Shown here: in pieces, positions 10,301 to 23,418 of the stretch | Layout: each line of letters starts with the position of its first letter | How positions within the stretch are numbered: the first letter of the stretch is position 1 | NCBI GenBank assembly: GCA_965285935.1 | Contig: OZ260666.1 | Coordinates: forward strand, 48,670,001-48,734,000 | Origin: Ophelia neglecta | Taxonomy: Eukaryota | DNA length: 64,000 bases | Direction of reading: 5' to 3' | Program-made: the position numbers and the translations under genes | Notes under the pieces: model-generated | Database searches by the model: none | What the model was told of the DNA's origin: nothing | The model's input: the letters and a program-made list of their open reading frames with translations, nothing else

Positions 10301-12501
10301 TTTTCCTAAGTCGAGACATACCATGTAAGTTTTTTTTTCAAGGAAAATAAAATGTGAATTTATGAGTATGCAAGGGTAATGTCACATTTTCTTTCATCGC
10401 CATTTTCTTGCCTCTATCATGTTTAATTCATATAGTTCAAAAATCATTTTTAAGCTGAACTTTCTTTATTTTTTGATCTTAGGTGGCCCCTGCGATAAAG
10501 CGAATAGTTTAAAATCTTTAAATAAGTGGGGGTTTCCCTGTGTGAAAATAACTGATTTATATATAATTTAAATGTTTATATTAATATTGTGAACAAGTCA
10601 CATTTTCCAATAGTTCTGATTCTAATTTATTAATTTGTAAAGCCCTAACTGTTTACAGAATTTCGACGATTTAGTGCAAATGGCAGAGAAAGGTGATTCA
10701 GAAAGGGTTCAGGTTTTGGGCAAGCATGTGAAAACTGGCAACAAAGACGATGTTTATAGTGTCATTCCTAACCATATGCCTCTCTACTGTTTCGGTCAGG
10801 CAGTAGGTAAAAATATCGGTATGCGCCATTTACATGAACATAAATCAGTATTGAATTACACTGTTTTTCCCTCCCATCGTTAAATCAACCAAAACTGTTT
10901 TCTCCTACCAATGTTAAACCAACCAAAGGTGCCTCTGATTTATAAGCCAAGTATACTTATTTCGTGATCATTTTCAAATCATCAGGCCGAATCGAGACTC
11001 TAAAGTAAAAAGTATTCTCACATACTTATGGGCTATAGTTATCCAGCTTTGAACGTCCGAGCCTAGGATAAGTTTTTACTTATTGGTCCAAGTTACCAAG
11101 GCTTAAAGTTTTCTTAAAATCGAATTTCTGTACAACAGAAAAATCACTGACGATTTATCGTGCGTGATGCTTAAATATTCCGCCGGTGTGTTTACAAATA
11201 TACTCATTGTTTACAGCTTGACACTGATACATTTTCCGTGCGCAAAGTTGGAAAAAATTATTGTTTATTCGGTTCTTATACACCGTTTCCTTCAATTTCG
11301 ATCTTATGACTACGGTTGGGAACGAGAGCCGATTTAACAGTTATTATATAGGTCCCTGTGAAGCTAAAAAATATGTACTTTATTAAAGCACTATATAAGC
11401 CTGGTCCATGGAACTATCGATAGTTGATCCGTCATCCACTCGTCAGGATTCATGAAGAATTAGTAAAATATAGTTTCACCTGAAAGGAGATGAAAACCGA
11501 AGCCTTATTATGAATGTTCGAAAGATATGCATCTGGCTTAAAATTAGCTCTATATTTGGTTCAAGAAATGAAATATATAAGGTTAAACTGCCAGAGAAAC
11601 CGGAAATTGCCTAAGAACTTTCGTGCGGGTTCACCTGAGCTCTGTCGTCCAAGGCTGGATAACCTGACTTATGAATGTTAAACCGTTAAAAAACATCCTT
11701 AAGTATTTAATATCAATTTTTAAACGTTAATGTCAACAACAACAAAAACAGCGCAATGGAATATGGGCATATTTGGTTCCGATTAGTAAAAAGACGATAA
11801 AGCTTAACGATTGCAATTTAAAGTATTATAACTGTCTTAAAAGTATATATTCGAATTTGACCTATTGCAGATGATTTTTCCAAAGAAGACTTAGCGTCGG
11901 CTTTACTGAGTACAATATCACAGGAGATGTTTAGGCCTACACTGTGCAAATGACCTCAACTTAGATTTAAGTATCATTGGAGTCGAATAATGAGACCATT
12001 TCGCCTCTATATTTACAGGATATAGCTCAGACCGTGTTCCTGAATATGAAGCTTCATAAGACCGAGTCCGTGTTTTTCTGTGGCTCTTTTTGTGGGTTGA
12101 GCCAAGTAGTACGAGACGAAGTTTCCAAGCATTTTATGAGCCGAGCTTCTTCCCAAAAAACGGTCAGATAGTAGTGAATACACTTATCCAATTGCGTCTA
12201 TGATTGTAGATCTACATCTATTAGGGTTGTTTGTATATCTCTCTTTGTAAACCCATACAGTCATGTGTATTTGTACTTCTTTAACTGTTTCTTATTCCTA
12301 GCATGTGATTGGTTTTTTTTTGCGAAATTAAAGCTAGTTTGATTGTATTCTTTTATACTAGAAATCGCGCATTAATATTTTCGTCTTTTTTACATTTGAA
12401 TACAGACTGATCATGGGTTCATGAAGTTCGGTGGACATCTTGGTGCACTGGGCGCACTATTGCGAACACTCAAAGCAAAACAGGGGAGCAAAATACCCTA
12501 A
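7384..12501 (+). CDS. Divergent type II pantothenate kinase-fold protein (PANK4 N-terminal-domain-like, kinase domain only), paralog 2; 8 coding exons, 377 aa; intron 6 has a GA donor
   Basis: Exons 7384-7456, 7609-7825, 9725-10022, 10155-10247, 10659-10818, 11871-11923, 12019-12162 and 12406-12501 (73/217/298/93/160/53/144/96 nt, same as paralog 1). Motifs: SFDIGGSLIKLA, SELDCF, YPVLLVILGSG, FFLGLGSLLTG, MAEKGD, DFSKEDLA, VFFCGSF, GHLGALGA. No stops or indels in the exons. The exon 6 donor reads CAG|GAGATG, so the gene uses a non-canonical splice site, is a broken allele, or carries a base error. Confidence 0.85.
8428..8522. repeat. Cluster of five direct and inverted copies of a CAGTAGATTCGT-like motif in intron 2 of paralog 2
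   Basis: Copies at about 8430(+), 8445(-), 8462(+), 8484(+) and 8509(-) form alternative hairpins. They lie inside an intron expanded to 1899 bp (335 bp in paralog 1). Confidence 0.75.
11038..11663. mobile_element. Probable MITE of about 626 bp in intron 5 of paralog 2
   Basis: Imperfect 30-bp inverted termini: GTTATCCAGCTTTGAACGTCCGAGCCTAGG versus CCTGAGCTCTGTCGTCCAAGGCTGGATAAC (24/30). It explains most of the intron size difference (1052 versus 196 bp in paralog 1). No clean TSD. Confidence 0.65.
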
Positions 12502-12530
12502 AAAGTACAACGTATGTAGTTATATTCTAT

Positions 12531-12536
12531 AATAAA
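12531..12536 (+). terminator. Candidate polyadenylation signal of paralog 2
   Basis: First AATAAA, 30 nt after the stop codon. Others occur near 12755 and 12929. Which one is used cannot be determined from sequence. Confidence 0.3.
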
Positions 12537-15500
12537 TCACAGGAGTAGGTATATCGGTTTTTCAAAAAGAGTTCACGTATTGCCAGGAAGGCATGACCAG
12601 AAAAGATTTCTCCTTACCATCATAGTTATGACTGTGTCTTAACTCCGACGATTAACAAGGAATTGAGGCATGCCAGTTCCAAGTGAAAAACATTACTTTA
12701 TTGCTATATATTCTTTCATTTTGTGCTGACCAGTTGCATTTGCAATGTGTTGAAAATAAAAAAAAAGATTTAAGTAATTTTTATCGGAATTCATACCTTT
12801 ATTGTTGTTCAATCCTCATTGATCTTGATTTTTTTATGCGTATACATCAATTTCATTAATTTAAGTATTTATTTGTATGCTTATCCTGGTATGTATAATG
12901 ATTGTATTCCTCATGGTCAAAAAACAGAAATAAAAATATAGATAAGGATTGGTCCACTGTTCTATCACAGCGTAGAGCCGCCAGCGCAATGCCGATTACA
13001 AGGGGCCTCTTTTAGTCTAATTTTAACGCTTCAAAACCAAGTTTATCTGCCATTTTAACGTGTACAGCTTAACCTTAAAGCTTAACCTTTGTTTCTAAAT
13101 AACCTTTCTTTTTCATTCAATTCACAAAATGTTACCCGGCCGACCATATTATTATTACGCTGATAGAAAGAAACCAACAGTCATGTGGCTTCTATAGAAG
13201 TTTCGTTATAAAATACACGTCTTACCTATCTTTAAGATACATATTTGTACATATTTATGAAATAAACAGGGCAACATCGGGCCAATTAAACAGAGATTAC
13301 CAAGTTCGGCATGGCGCTATGTGGGTATTTTGTGTCATCATTTTTCGGGATAATATTCCCAACAAGACCATTTGGTAAGGAAAGGTGCATAAAACGTATT
13401 GCTATTACATGCTTAGAGTTCACCGTTTCCTGTCATTTTTGCAACACCTCTTGTTCAATGCAATTGTTGTGGCTCAATACGAGAATAGGCTATATAACTA
13501 TGTAGTACGTACAATATCATACAAAGGAAATGTGTTCGACAAAGGAAGTGTCTATTACCGCAATACTTTAACAGCCCCGTGAGCGGTTCGTGGTTTATTT
13601 TGTACATATAACAATGGGCTTTCATTCAAAAATAAACGGCATAGTCTTGACATACACAAACAACTTTTAAAGAGGATGGATTAACTAACAACTTTTGTTA
13701 ATGTCAAATCTTCAAAAAGATATGGAAAATCACATGCATAGGCTATTTGAGCGCTGGTATGCTTTTCACGGACTAACCAGCCAACAAGCAATCGTTTGCA
13801 TGATGTGCTTTCCCTTCCTCGAAAGCTCCTTTACTTTTAGAAACTTGGGTCCAAGGTTATGTTTTGACCGAAGCAGGGGAAATCAAATGGCTGTTTAATT
13901 TAATAAAGACATTTTCTGTGGAATATAGAACCAACGACCGGATTTTCTTGGCCTTATGAGTAGAAGAAATCCGCTTAGCAGAAACAAGCATCTCGCGGGT
14001 CGTGAGACAAACCTAGTTTGCATGCCAGGCAGGCCGAAGCCTTCAATGGCTTTTACTCACTAATCCCCAACAGAGAGAGATTGTTGTGATCCGCAAACTA
14101 AATACACAGATCTCGGATGTAGTTTTCTTACGCCAAGGCGTGTATAGTAAAGCTACCGGTGTACCCTCACATAATACTGTGTACATGCAATAAGGATTTA
14201 TGCCTATACATAGTTTGTTTGTCCTCGACTGTACCATATAATTTCTGTTTTAAATAGTTTGCTCCAATAACAAAGGATGGTTCCTGTTATTTTTCAATAA
14301 TGAAGTATATTTTTATGCTATTTCGTATATCGATTGTTTTTGTATTTAAAGCTATAATAGTCTTTATATCCCCTGACTATAGTAGTCAGATAACCATAGA
14401 CAACACGAAAACAAAAGTAAAGTATTTGAATAAGATCTTAAATAATCTCTCAGCGCACCAGTTATTTTTATGAGTACTCACATTTCACAAGGTTTAAGTA
14501 AGTACTTCATAAACAGTTGATCTTTCAGGGGAGTTTCCTAGACAGCTTACAACAGTTTTTTAAGACCTTGTGCCAGGTTATAGGTTATCTGACTTACTTC
14601 TTATAGGACAAACTCCATCAATGACACTTGATGGATATTTATAAATATTATCAGAGCAACAGATTAATAAATTATTAACAATGAAGCAGTTTAGTGTATT
14701 TTAGACAGATTAATGCTATTAAACTGCATGGGTTGAGTTTTGCTAACCAAGTGTATACTGATAAATGGTATACTAAGATCGGAACACCGTGGTTGCTCAA
14801 CCATTTTCAATAAAATATGGATTATGCTAACGTTAGACGCCTATCTTTCGATCTTATTCTTGGTTTTTATTTCCCAATTTTGGCCTATTCGTCTGGGCAA
14901 AAAACGTTCCAATGTTTCAAACATACTGAAAAACAGCCAAGACTGTTGCTATTAAGATAAAGAGGGGTTACTGTATTGGTTTTGTCTCCATTGATCGAAT
15001 ATCATTTTATAGTGGTTTGATATTAGATATTGCCATTCCTTTTAGAGGCAAATGTCGCCTGTAGCACAATCAATCATTCTCAATGAATGAAATTTATTTT
15101 TTTAACTTACTTGAGATAGATTTGATACATTCCTCTTTTTTCTTGGCTGGTAGCTAACCACTAAATATGTATATCCGCTTACTTTCCAACCAGTTCATAG
15201 ACATTGGATCAAGCCCCCTAGGAGCCATTCTAACATTTCCTGGGTATTGTTACTATGCCAATATCGCCCTGGACTCCTTTATCGAATGATCTTAAAGAAA
15301 TACACTTACCACAGCAGACATTCGTTAGTGCCTTTGATCAAGGCTTATTCTATGCTATAGAAGCCGTATCTAACGTTGACCTTTCCTCGCGGGTGCTCTG
15401 TGTAAAAAGGTCCCTGTGTGGCGCATAATCAAATTATACATCAACCACGTAGCTACAAAGTAAACCTTTCACTTGCCCTCGAGCACCTTTCCGGAATAAC

Positions 15501-15929
15501 AATCATAATTCTATTCTATGCTTGAATTGCCTTGGATTGTTTATAAAAGGTTTTGTTTTGTATCAGTTATATTAAGTGTGTGTATGTAAAGTTTTAAAAT
15601 ACTAAGATATGTTAAAAATAACAATGAAACCAACCACCTAACGTTGGCCCTAGCCCGAGTCAGCCGGGGCACATTGGCTCTACACTGGCTAGATCGTAGA
15701 TCCAGCAATGTGTATGCTACACTGATAAAACTACTACTTAGGTTACGTAAGCCCATGCATGACATCGTTTACCCTAATTGTAATGCTGTCCTGAGTTTAT
15801 GTCCTGAGCCGATTTCACTGCGACAATTACACTGTTGAAACGAAGCTACACTTCTTGAAGTGTACGCCCTTGCAACCCCTGTTTTGAGAACCTGGAATGC
15901 TTCTGCTAAATAAATGTATGTTGATATTA

Positions 15930-16420
15930 TATAATAATATAATAATAATAATGTTTATTGGATACACAGACCGCAATATACATACATACATAATATTTGA
16001 CAATACATATTGGATATAAATAAAGCTGAATACCCTGGGGCAAGAAAGCATTAAGCTTATTGGCCCCACAAATACCAGTAGAAATCTTCAGATAACAAGA
16101 TGGTGCATACAAGTGCAGGAAAAAAAAATCAAATCAAAGCTCCATATCCACAAGAAGGGGAATGTTTTTTCTAGAGCCACCACAGCAGGAGAGCAGGAGA
16201 CGGCATCCAGGGCAGAGGAAGATCCCGCCAAGCGAGCCCCCCCCCCCCCCCCCGCCCTCCGCCGGCTCCAGACCCCCCGCCGCGACGGCCCCAGAACCAC
16301 ACACACCAAAAACATAAATATAAATAAATAAATACGGCATGGACAGGCCCAGCAACCGCAACCCGGTTGCAATCGCTGGGCATGCCCAATAAACTGTTTC
16401 TGAAAAATTTAAAAAATTTG
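15930..16420 (-). mobile_element. Probable LINE (L2/Crack-like) 3'UTR remnant
   Basis: On the minus strand a stem-loop TGGGGCCAATAAGC...GCTTTCTTGCCCCA (16036-16068) is followed by AATAAA (15954-15959) and an (ATT)n tail (about 15930-15952). No clear ORF2 remnant; the 5' boundary is approximate. Confidence 0.5.
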
Positions 16421-19400
16421 GTGTGCGATGTTGGATATTAATATATAAATTAGATAATATAGATTGTTGATAAAGAATGATCCCTCATTGATTCGTTCAT
16501 AGTTTATATAGCATGATTCGATGCTTTAGCTCTCGAAACTTGACTTCATTTTCGCATAAGGCAATACGATAAACGAAATATCCGGTAGATGGCTAAAGCC
16601 CTTGAAGTTAATCGCTGTTTTCCCCCTAATTTGTATAAGACAGTGTTACCCGATTTCTATCGATAGATGGAAATCACGACGCCTTCTCGTGTACCCTTCT
16701 TATAAAATGTGATTTATGCTCCCATTTTGGTGTTTCTATTCTTTCCGTGTGCTATTTATCGGGGATAAATCTACTTTCGCTACATTATGAGGCACCAGGT
16801 GGTTGTTTCGGAACAAAACCGTCATGTCGGCTGAACAGAATAGACACAGAACTGTAAATCACTGCTTTGAAGAGAATAATTATTTGTTAGTTATGTGGGC
16901 GTCTTTGACTGTTCATACATGCTCTCTCAACAGCTTAAACTCTTTTGTCAGATTTTCTTTGAGTTAAACAACCTTTTTTCTTGTTTTACAATCGTTCACT
17001 TTCAATGATTTGAAGATTATAAGGCGTGATTAAAAATAATAGCGGTTCACAATTATTAAAAGACGATAAAAAATTAATGTGTATGTAAAATATTAGCTTG
17101 ACAATCCTATGACCTCACAGTATTTGAACTTTTCTCTAGTTATAATTTTGTGGCAATGATACTGCACAATGATTTTGGTAGTAAGTGACACCTTCAAATT
17201 CCCACTGAAGGAGATCGCGGAATCTGGAAGCTTCGAATCGACAATTGAATAATATTCCTGTTGCGAACTGCACTGTGTGGTAATGGCAAACGGTATTTTC
17301 CTGCGAATTAAATTCCATATCGAGCACACTAGTAATAGCCAGATGGCCATTCTTGATCAGGCCCTACATCATTGCACACACCAACATTACCTGAAGTGCT
17401 TTTCGTCGTTATTCGGTAAATCGGTATACTTACAAAGAGCCATATCCGTTATAACAGCGGACTATCAGTCAGCAACTGTACCATTATTAATCAAAGGAAT
17501 TGCCTTGGATCCTCTCGTAATGGTAAGTGCATGAACATTATCATCGCTTTTTGTCGTAGACGTACCAACGAAAAGGTTATGACATTTTTACATTGAAACC
17601 AGCCTCTTTCAAGGAAGAACATTTCAGATCGAAACATAGCAATATTTGATTTGAGCAGACATCATGGAACCTGTTGAAAATTGAATGATATCATGACATT
17701 GATATTTACCAGAGTATAGCAAGGAGCGTTTTAGTTGTGAAGAAGCGTTTGTGTTTTTTTTTTCTTTTTGGAAGAGCAAAGCACACCATTGCGTGCAAAC
17801 AGTGCCTGCTGGGCAGTTTGTATTCTTCTCTATTGATACTCAAGTACCTCCGTCTTATTTATAGGATGCCGATCAATTGTTTCCGTCCAGCCTGGCGCCT
17901 ATTGATTGGTTCAAAGCGAGCCTCATTTGTCGGTAAATGTAAGAGTAAATCACAAGAGACGCAAATATTCTGGGTCTTTATCCAGTTGTCGAAAGTGTCT
18001 GTCCAATAAAAGCCTGTGTTTCTACTTTAAGCAGTCACAAGGGGGATTCGAATGAGAAGGATGACTGTAACAGGTCATTGCTCGGAAAGGTTATCCGATT
18101 TCAATTTCCTCACTCTCATATATAACAAATATTAGCATTAAAAAATGAAGAGCATAGTCGATAGACAAGGTCCTTCATCAAGATTAGTCCATCACCCTGG
18201 GTCATAATCGGGAGGAACCGCCGGCTACAAGCCTACAAATATCAATTCCCAGTTCCCCTAGTTTAAATAGGCCTACACATAATGGGTGAGAACGCAATCC
18301 AAAATCGCTGTCTCGGTGAAATAAAACTCGAATGAAAAAACAGGACCGGACAATCGACAGACAATCTAAAATCGGTTTTTGAATAAATCTCCTGTCTAAT
18401 GGGAGAAAAGTCACAGAAAACCTGTATACACCTAACCCAACACTGCAGCTCAATAAATATGTAGACGTTTGTACCGGGCATGAGGACAATACATAAATAA
18501 ATAAGATTTTATGCAATTATTAGTTCTGATGCATGCACTTAGCATTTATAAAAAACAAATAATAGGCAAATATGAATCACCAAGAGAAATATTCTGAATA
18601 TCCTAGGGAAACTCTCACCAATAAGAAGTACTTAAAAAATTTCATGATGTAATGAAGTCCAAAAAGAGTCAGCGGACAAACGAAAGGAATGTGTCCCAGA
18701 CGTTTTCGAGGGCCTATGCTCGCTACTTAATTCGAGACGACTGATAAACATTCCCACCAGAAACATTATAATGAGGGATTAGACACGCCTTGCAGTCTTA
18801 TAATAAAACAAATATATAAAGCTAGCTGCTCAACTTTGCAATATTATGGGAGCCGTCTACACATTTTCTTATGACATTTAAGTTTCACATTATTCGAATT
18901 CTATGTCATTTATTCTTCATTGTTGAACATTTATTATCTCAATTGGTTGGTTGATACCCCATCGCATCAATTTACTATATATGAAATCCCATAATTTTCC
19001 AGGTTATTGATGTAACGAGCCCGATTGTACCTCTTTCGAAGCAACATTATCACAATAGTGAGATCCAAAGCAAGGCGGCGAAATTGTAAAAAAACAAATC
19101 GATTTTACCGCATGCTTACTGGATAAATAATTGTGTAATAAATATTACATCACGGACTTGAAAACTTGATAGGAAGAAATAAAACGCTATGAAACAAGCG
19201 ATGTGCAAGGCAGGAGTAATTTGACAGGGTGGGGGTATAGATTGTTGAGTCATACATAAAGTAAGCATGTATATAAACAGCATGGGACTTGGTTTAACAT
19301 CCCACTGGAGCCAATATTTGTCAACTTTTCAGAATTGATCATTTTCTATTTTTTGTCCAGCCGCTACACAAAGCTACATGCTTTATTTGTTAATGGCCCG

Positions 19401-21684
19401 ACAACTGAAAGCTTCGAATTCAACCTCCCTAAACGATCTCTGACAGTCGCATCCTAGGGCGGTGGTCCCTGGCACTGAATTAGTAAATGCGATGAACAAA
19501 AAATATCTGAATAACAAAATGTACCAACTCCCACAGCAGGGTGGTGTGTTATCGTTTGACAATATTTCCTGTGTTTTTATATAAGCTGATGCATTAAACC
19601 AACTGAGAATTTCATCCTGGGGAAGCAAAGCAGACAAAAGATTCAATTTTGAAAAAGAAAAGCAGCTTGGTCATTTTTAATTGCATTCCATTCTACTATG
19701 GCTTACAAGAGAGGTTTAGTATGGTCCTTCTGTAGAAAAAAATCTGTTTATTCTCAAATGATCCGTTAGATCATAAGATGTAACCAATTGGACGTATAAT
19801 TTGGACTATGGATGAAAAGTATTACACCCACACACAGTAGATCTGCAGAAATATTGTAGTTTGTATCGTATGCTCAAACAAACAGTGTTTTATACCTATT
19901 AGCTGTACTGGAAGAAGCTTTTAAACTATTTATTCAAAAGAAAAATAAATCGAATAACAATACCCTTTTCCACTTGAAAGAACTTTCTACATCAATTGAA
20001 TCCAATTTTATATCCTTTACCTACTATGATACTTGGGGAAGAAGATTCAGTGACTTAACACTTGCTAACATCATCTGATAATCTACCTCCTACGTTTCGC
20101 CGTTGTCCTTTGGCCTTAGGCTTGCCTTTATTCCACAAACTGACACTTTCATGTAAGTGATAGTAGGTTTATATGGAGACTGACGACCTCCAAATTTCTA
20201 TGAAACGAGTAAGACGCCATCTGGGTAATTTGTAAATCCCCACCTTTTACTGCAGCAGAAGGGCGATTTACACTTGTCGTCTGCCTTCTCAGTCTATATA
20301 GCTACCTAAGATTGTGCACATGTGCTTACCAATAGGATGATATGTCAGGGTGACATATATTTACCCTGCCTTTCGGTTTTTTCAGTGAAATGCCAGTTAA
20401 CCCTCTCTTTATTTGGGGCAATAAATAAGCCTCGTCGCTTTGTTGGCTTTTTCATTACTAAGATAGTTTCAGCACATTTTTCATCCTTACCTCTTTCCGT
20501 ATTTAGTAGCAATGCTTAAAGATTCTTTAGCTACTGACAATAATAGAAGGATGGGGGGGGGGGGGGTTATTGTTAAGGCTCATGGAAAAAGTCGTTCGAA
20601 ATCTTAGTTTTTTGATTAATTGCACACTGTGAATAATGCATCAATATTACCCGGTTGATTGTCAAGTAAAAATTCATATTTCTAATCAACTAGATGCGTC
20701 AATATAATTAGGTATCTGTGATTTGATTGAATTTTCAAATATCAGATTGATGCCATGATGGTAAATATAGCGCGTCTCAATCAACAGATGGGGGATTATG
20801 CTCAATCAACAGATGGAGATTCAGCTAAGTAAAATGGACATGCAAATGCTTCTAGAGTGCACGCTGACCAACACATTTACATCTCAGTCCCTGGACACAC
20901 ATTGTTCTCTACGCGAGGCTTCTAAGACAGACAAGATATATTGATCCTACTTCCTGGGTGCAATGATGATGATCATTAGGGCGGAAAATCTCTGGTGACT
21001 GACCAGTGGATTAACCTTCACAGCAATGGACAATGTCGATGAAATCCTGCTTTCATCCAATATCTATTCAAGACTCCTATTTGGGAGAGGGAGAATAGAC
21101 GATAATACCCAACACCAGTCAGATGGAAATATATAGATGCAGAAATAAATAAACTGGCTAACAAAATTAAATTTTCAAAAAAAAAACTCTATTATTTGTT
21201 TATTTAATGTTACTGTATGCAACCTCCTTGAACATTTATAAGGCATTGTCCTTAAATAGTGGATACACTCAATCAATTCCATTTGCCGGATCAAATGGAA
21301 AAGGACGCATCGTTGCTATATTACTTTTACTCTTTTCTATAGGCAAGGGACAGAGGGTGTTAAGAACTTGGTGTCATAATGTGCCAAAATATAGAATGGA
21401 AATTCCCGGGAAATTCGCCCTGGCGTTTTGCTCGGCGAAGCATCTGATACCATCTCACAGAGGTCAGCTTCTGATCACTCTTAGACGAAAAATGCAATTA
21501 CACGGGGGATTCAATCAATCATTTTCTCATCCTTTATGTCTCCATTACTTCATCCAAATTTGTTATTATATCAAGGAACTTGTCTGAAATGCGAGTTCAC
21601 CGATATTAAAGTCGATAGTAAAGGGTCAAGCAAGTGGTGACATTAAGCGGAGAGTGATTCGGAGAAATGGTTCTATCTTAATTG

Positions 21685-23135
21685 GCACTAGGCCGATGCC
21701 CCCGACACCTACTGGCTTTTTTTCACAGAGAAAGGGGTTTGTTTCTATGCATATCCGCGTTTCAAATAAATGGGATTCAATGCTTACTTTTAGTTGGATA
21801 AATTGATAGAACATTTATTCGCGAATTTAAATAATGACCCTTTTAATCTGCAGAGTTCATAACCCTGCATAGGTGAGTAATTGAGACACCAGGGCTACGT
21901 CTCCCTTTGTAAAAAAATAGGTTGAAAAGCACCTACTCACATTAAGGCCACAAGTTTCTAAATAAACATCCGGATGTTGCTATTTTTCTCATAAAAAACA
22001 ATGATTTTTACTTTTAAGGAAAGTATGATATCGATCCGGAAAAAGGTTGAAGGTTTTTCTTTTATTTAATGTACATTTATGTTACCACCAAAACACAATA
22101 ACCAGTTGATTTATGATATATAACAATGATAGCGGGTGTTCATACGTATAATTAAACAATAACACCTTGAATATTGTATTTTCATAACTAAATAAATATA
22201 TAAATCTTTTCACATGACCAAAGTTGAAAGATGTCGCCAAAGAGTAACACGTAATATGTTTTCTTGGAATACATGAACAAAACACATGATTGTCTCTTAA
22301 TGGTTGGAAGTTAACATGCGAAAATGATCTCCAAACAAGTGAACGACAAAGGAGGGAGACGACTTAGGTAGCTTATTTGAACATTATTGTGTACAAATAT
22401 ACATTATTTTGCACTAGGCCGATGCCCCCGACACCTACTGGCTTTTTTTCACAGAGAAAGGGGTTTGTTTCTATGCATATCCGCGTTTCAAATAAATGGG
22501 ATTCAATGCTTACTTTTAGTTGGATAAATTGATAGAACATTTATTCGCGAATTTAAATAATGACCCTTTTAATCTGCAGAGTTCATAACCCTGCATAGGT
22601 GAGTAATTGAGACACCAGGGCTACGTCTCCCTTTGTAAAAAAATAGGTTGAAAAGCACCTACTCACATTAAGGCCACAAGTTTCTAAATAAACATCCGGA
22701 TGTTGCTATTTTTCTCATAAAAAACAATGATTTTTACTTTTAAGGAAAGTATGATATCGATCCGGAAAAAGGTTGAAGGTTTTTCTTTTATTTAATGTAC
22801 ATTTATGTTACCACCAAAACACAATAACCAGTTGATTTATGATATATAACAATGATAGCGGGTGTTCATACGTATAATTAAACAATAACACCTTGAATAT
22901 TGTATTTTCATAACTAAATAAATATATAAATCTTTTCACATGACCAAAGTTGAAAGATGTCGCCAAAGAGTAACACGTAATATGTTTTCTTGGAATACAT
23001 GAACAAAACACATGATTGTCTCTTAATGGTTGGAAGTTAACATGCGAAAATGATCTCCAAACAAGTGAACGACAAAGGAGGGAGACGACTTAGGTAGCTT
23101 ATTTGAACATTATTGTGTACAAATATACATTATTT
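21685..23135. repeat. Exact tandem duplication with a 726-bp period (two copies)
   Basis: GCACTAGGCCGATGCCCCCG starts at 21685 and again at 22411. The identical 67-aa ORFs at 22082 and 22808 are offset by 726. I saw no differences between the copies by eye. Confidence 0.95.
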
Positions 23136-23418
23136 GAATAACTCCTACAAATAATGTTTGTACGCTAAATGTTTCATGTAATATAAATGCAGAAGACGTC
23201 CGGAATTTAATAGGTATCGTACAGAACATGCCAAGTGTCTACAGAATCGCATTATCTGCAGCTCTAAATAACCATATTACCAACACCATATTGATGCCTA
23301 TCAATTCAAACCAGGCTGCCCCACTAAATGACTACTAGCACGTTTCTGTGTCGGTGTACACAATGTCCAAGGCATTTATTCTGCAATTCATGCGGCAGCT
23401 GGAAAAACTTGTTGTGAT

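Noticed and set aside
14900-15140. Minus-strand peptide fragments resembling LINE ORF2 (IKSISSKL...RHLPLK)
   Set aside because: Too short and interrupted to distinguish from chance without a search.
16088-16389. Four overlapping Gly/Pro-rich ORFs
   Set aside because: They arise from a GC-rich low-complexity tract and C-run inside a probable LINE UTR remnant, and show no domain signal.
20960-21005. ATGATGA...CTGA suggesting a C/D box snoRNA
   Set aside because: The boxes are only about 35 nt apart, and there is no terminal stem or recognisable guide.
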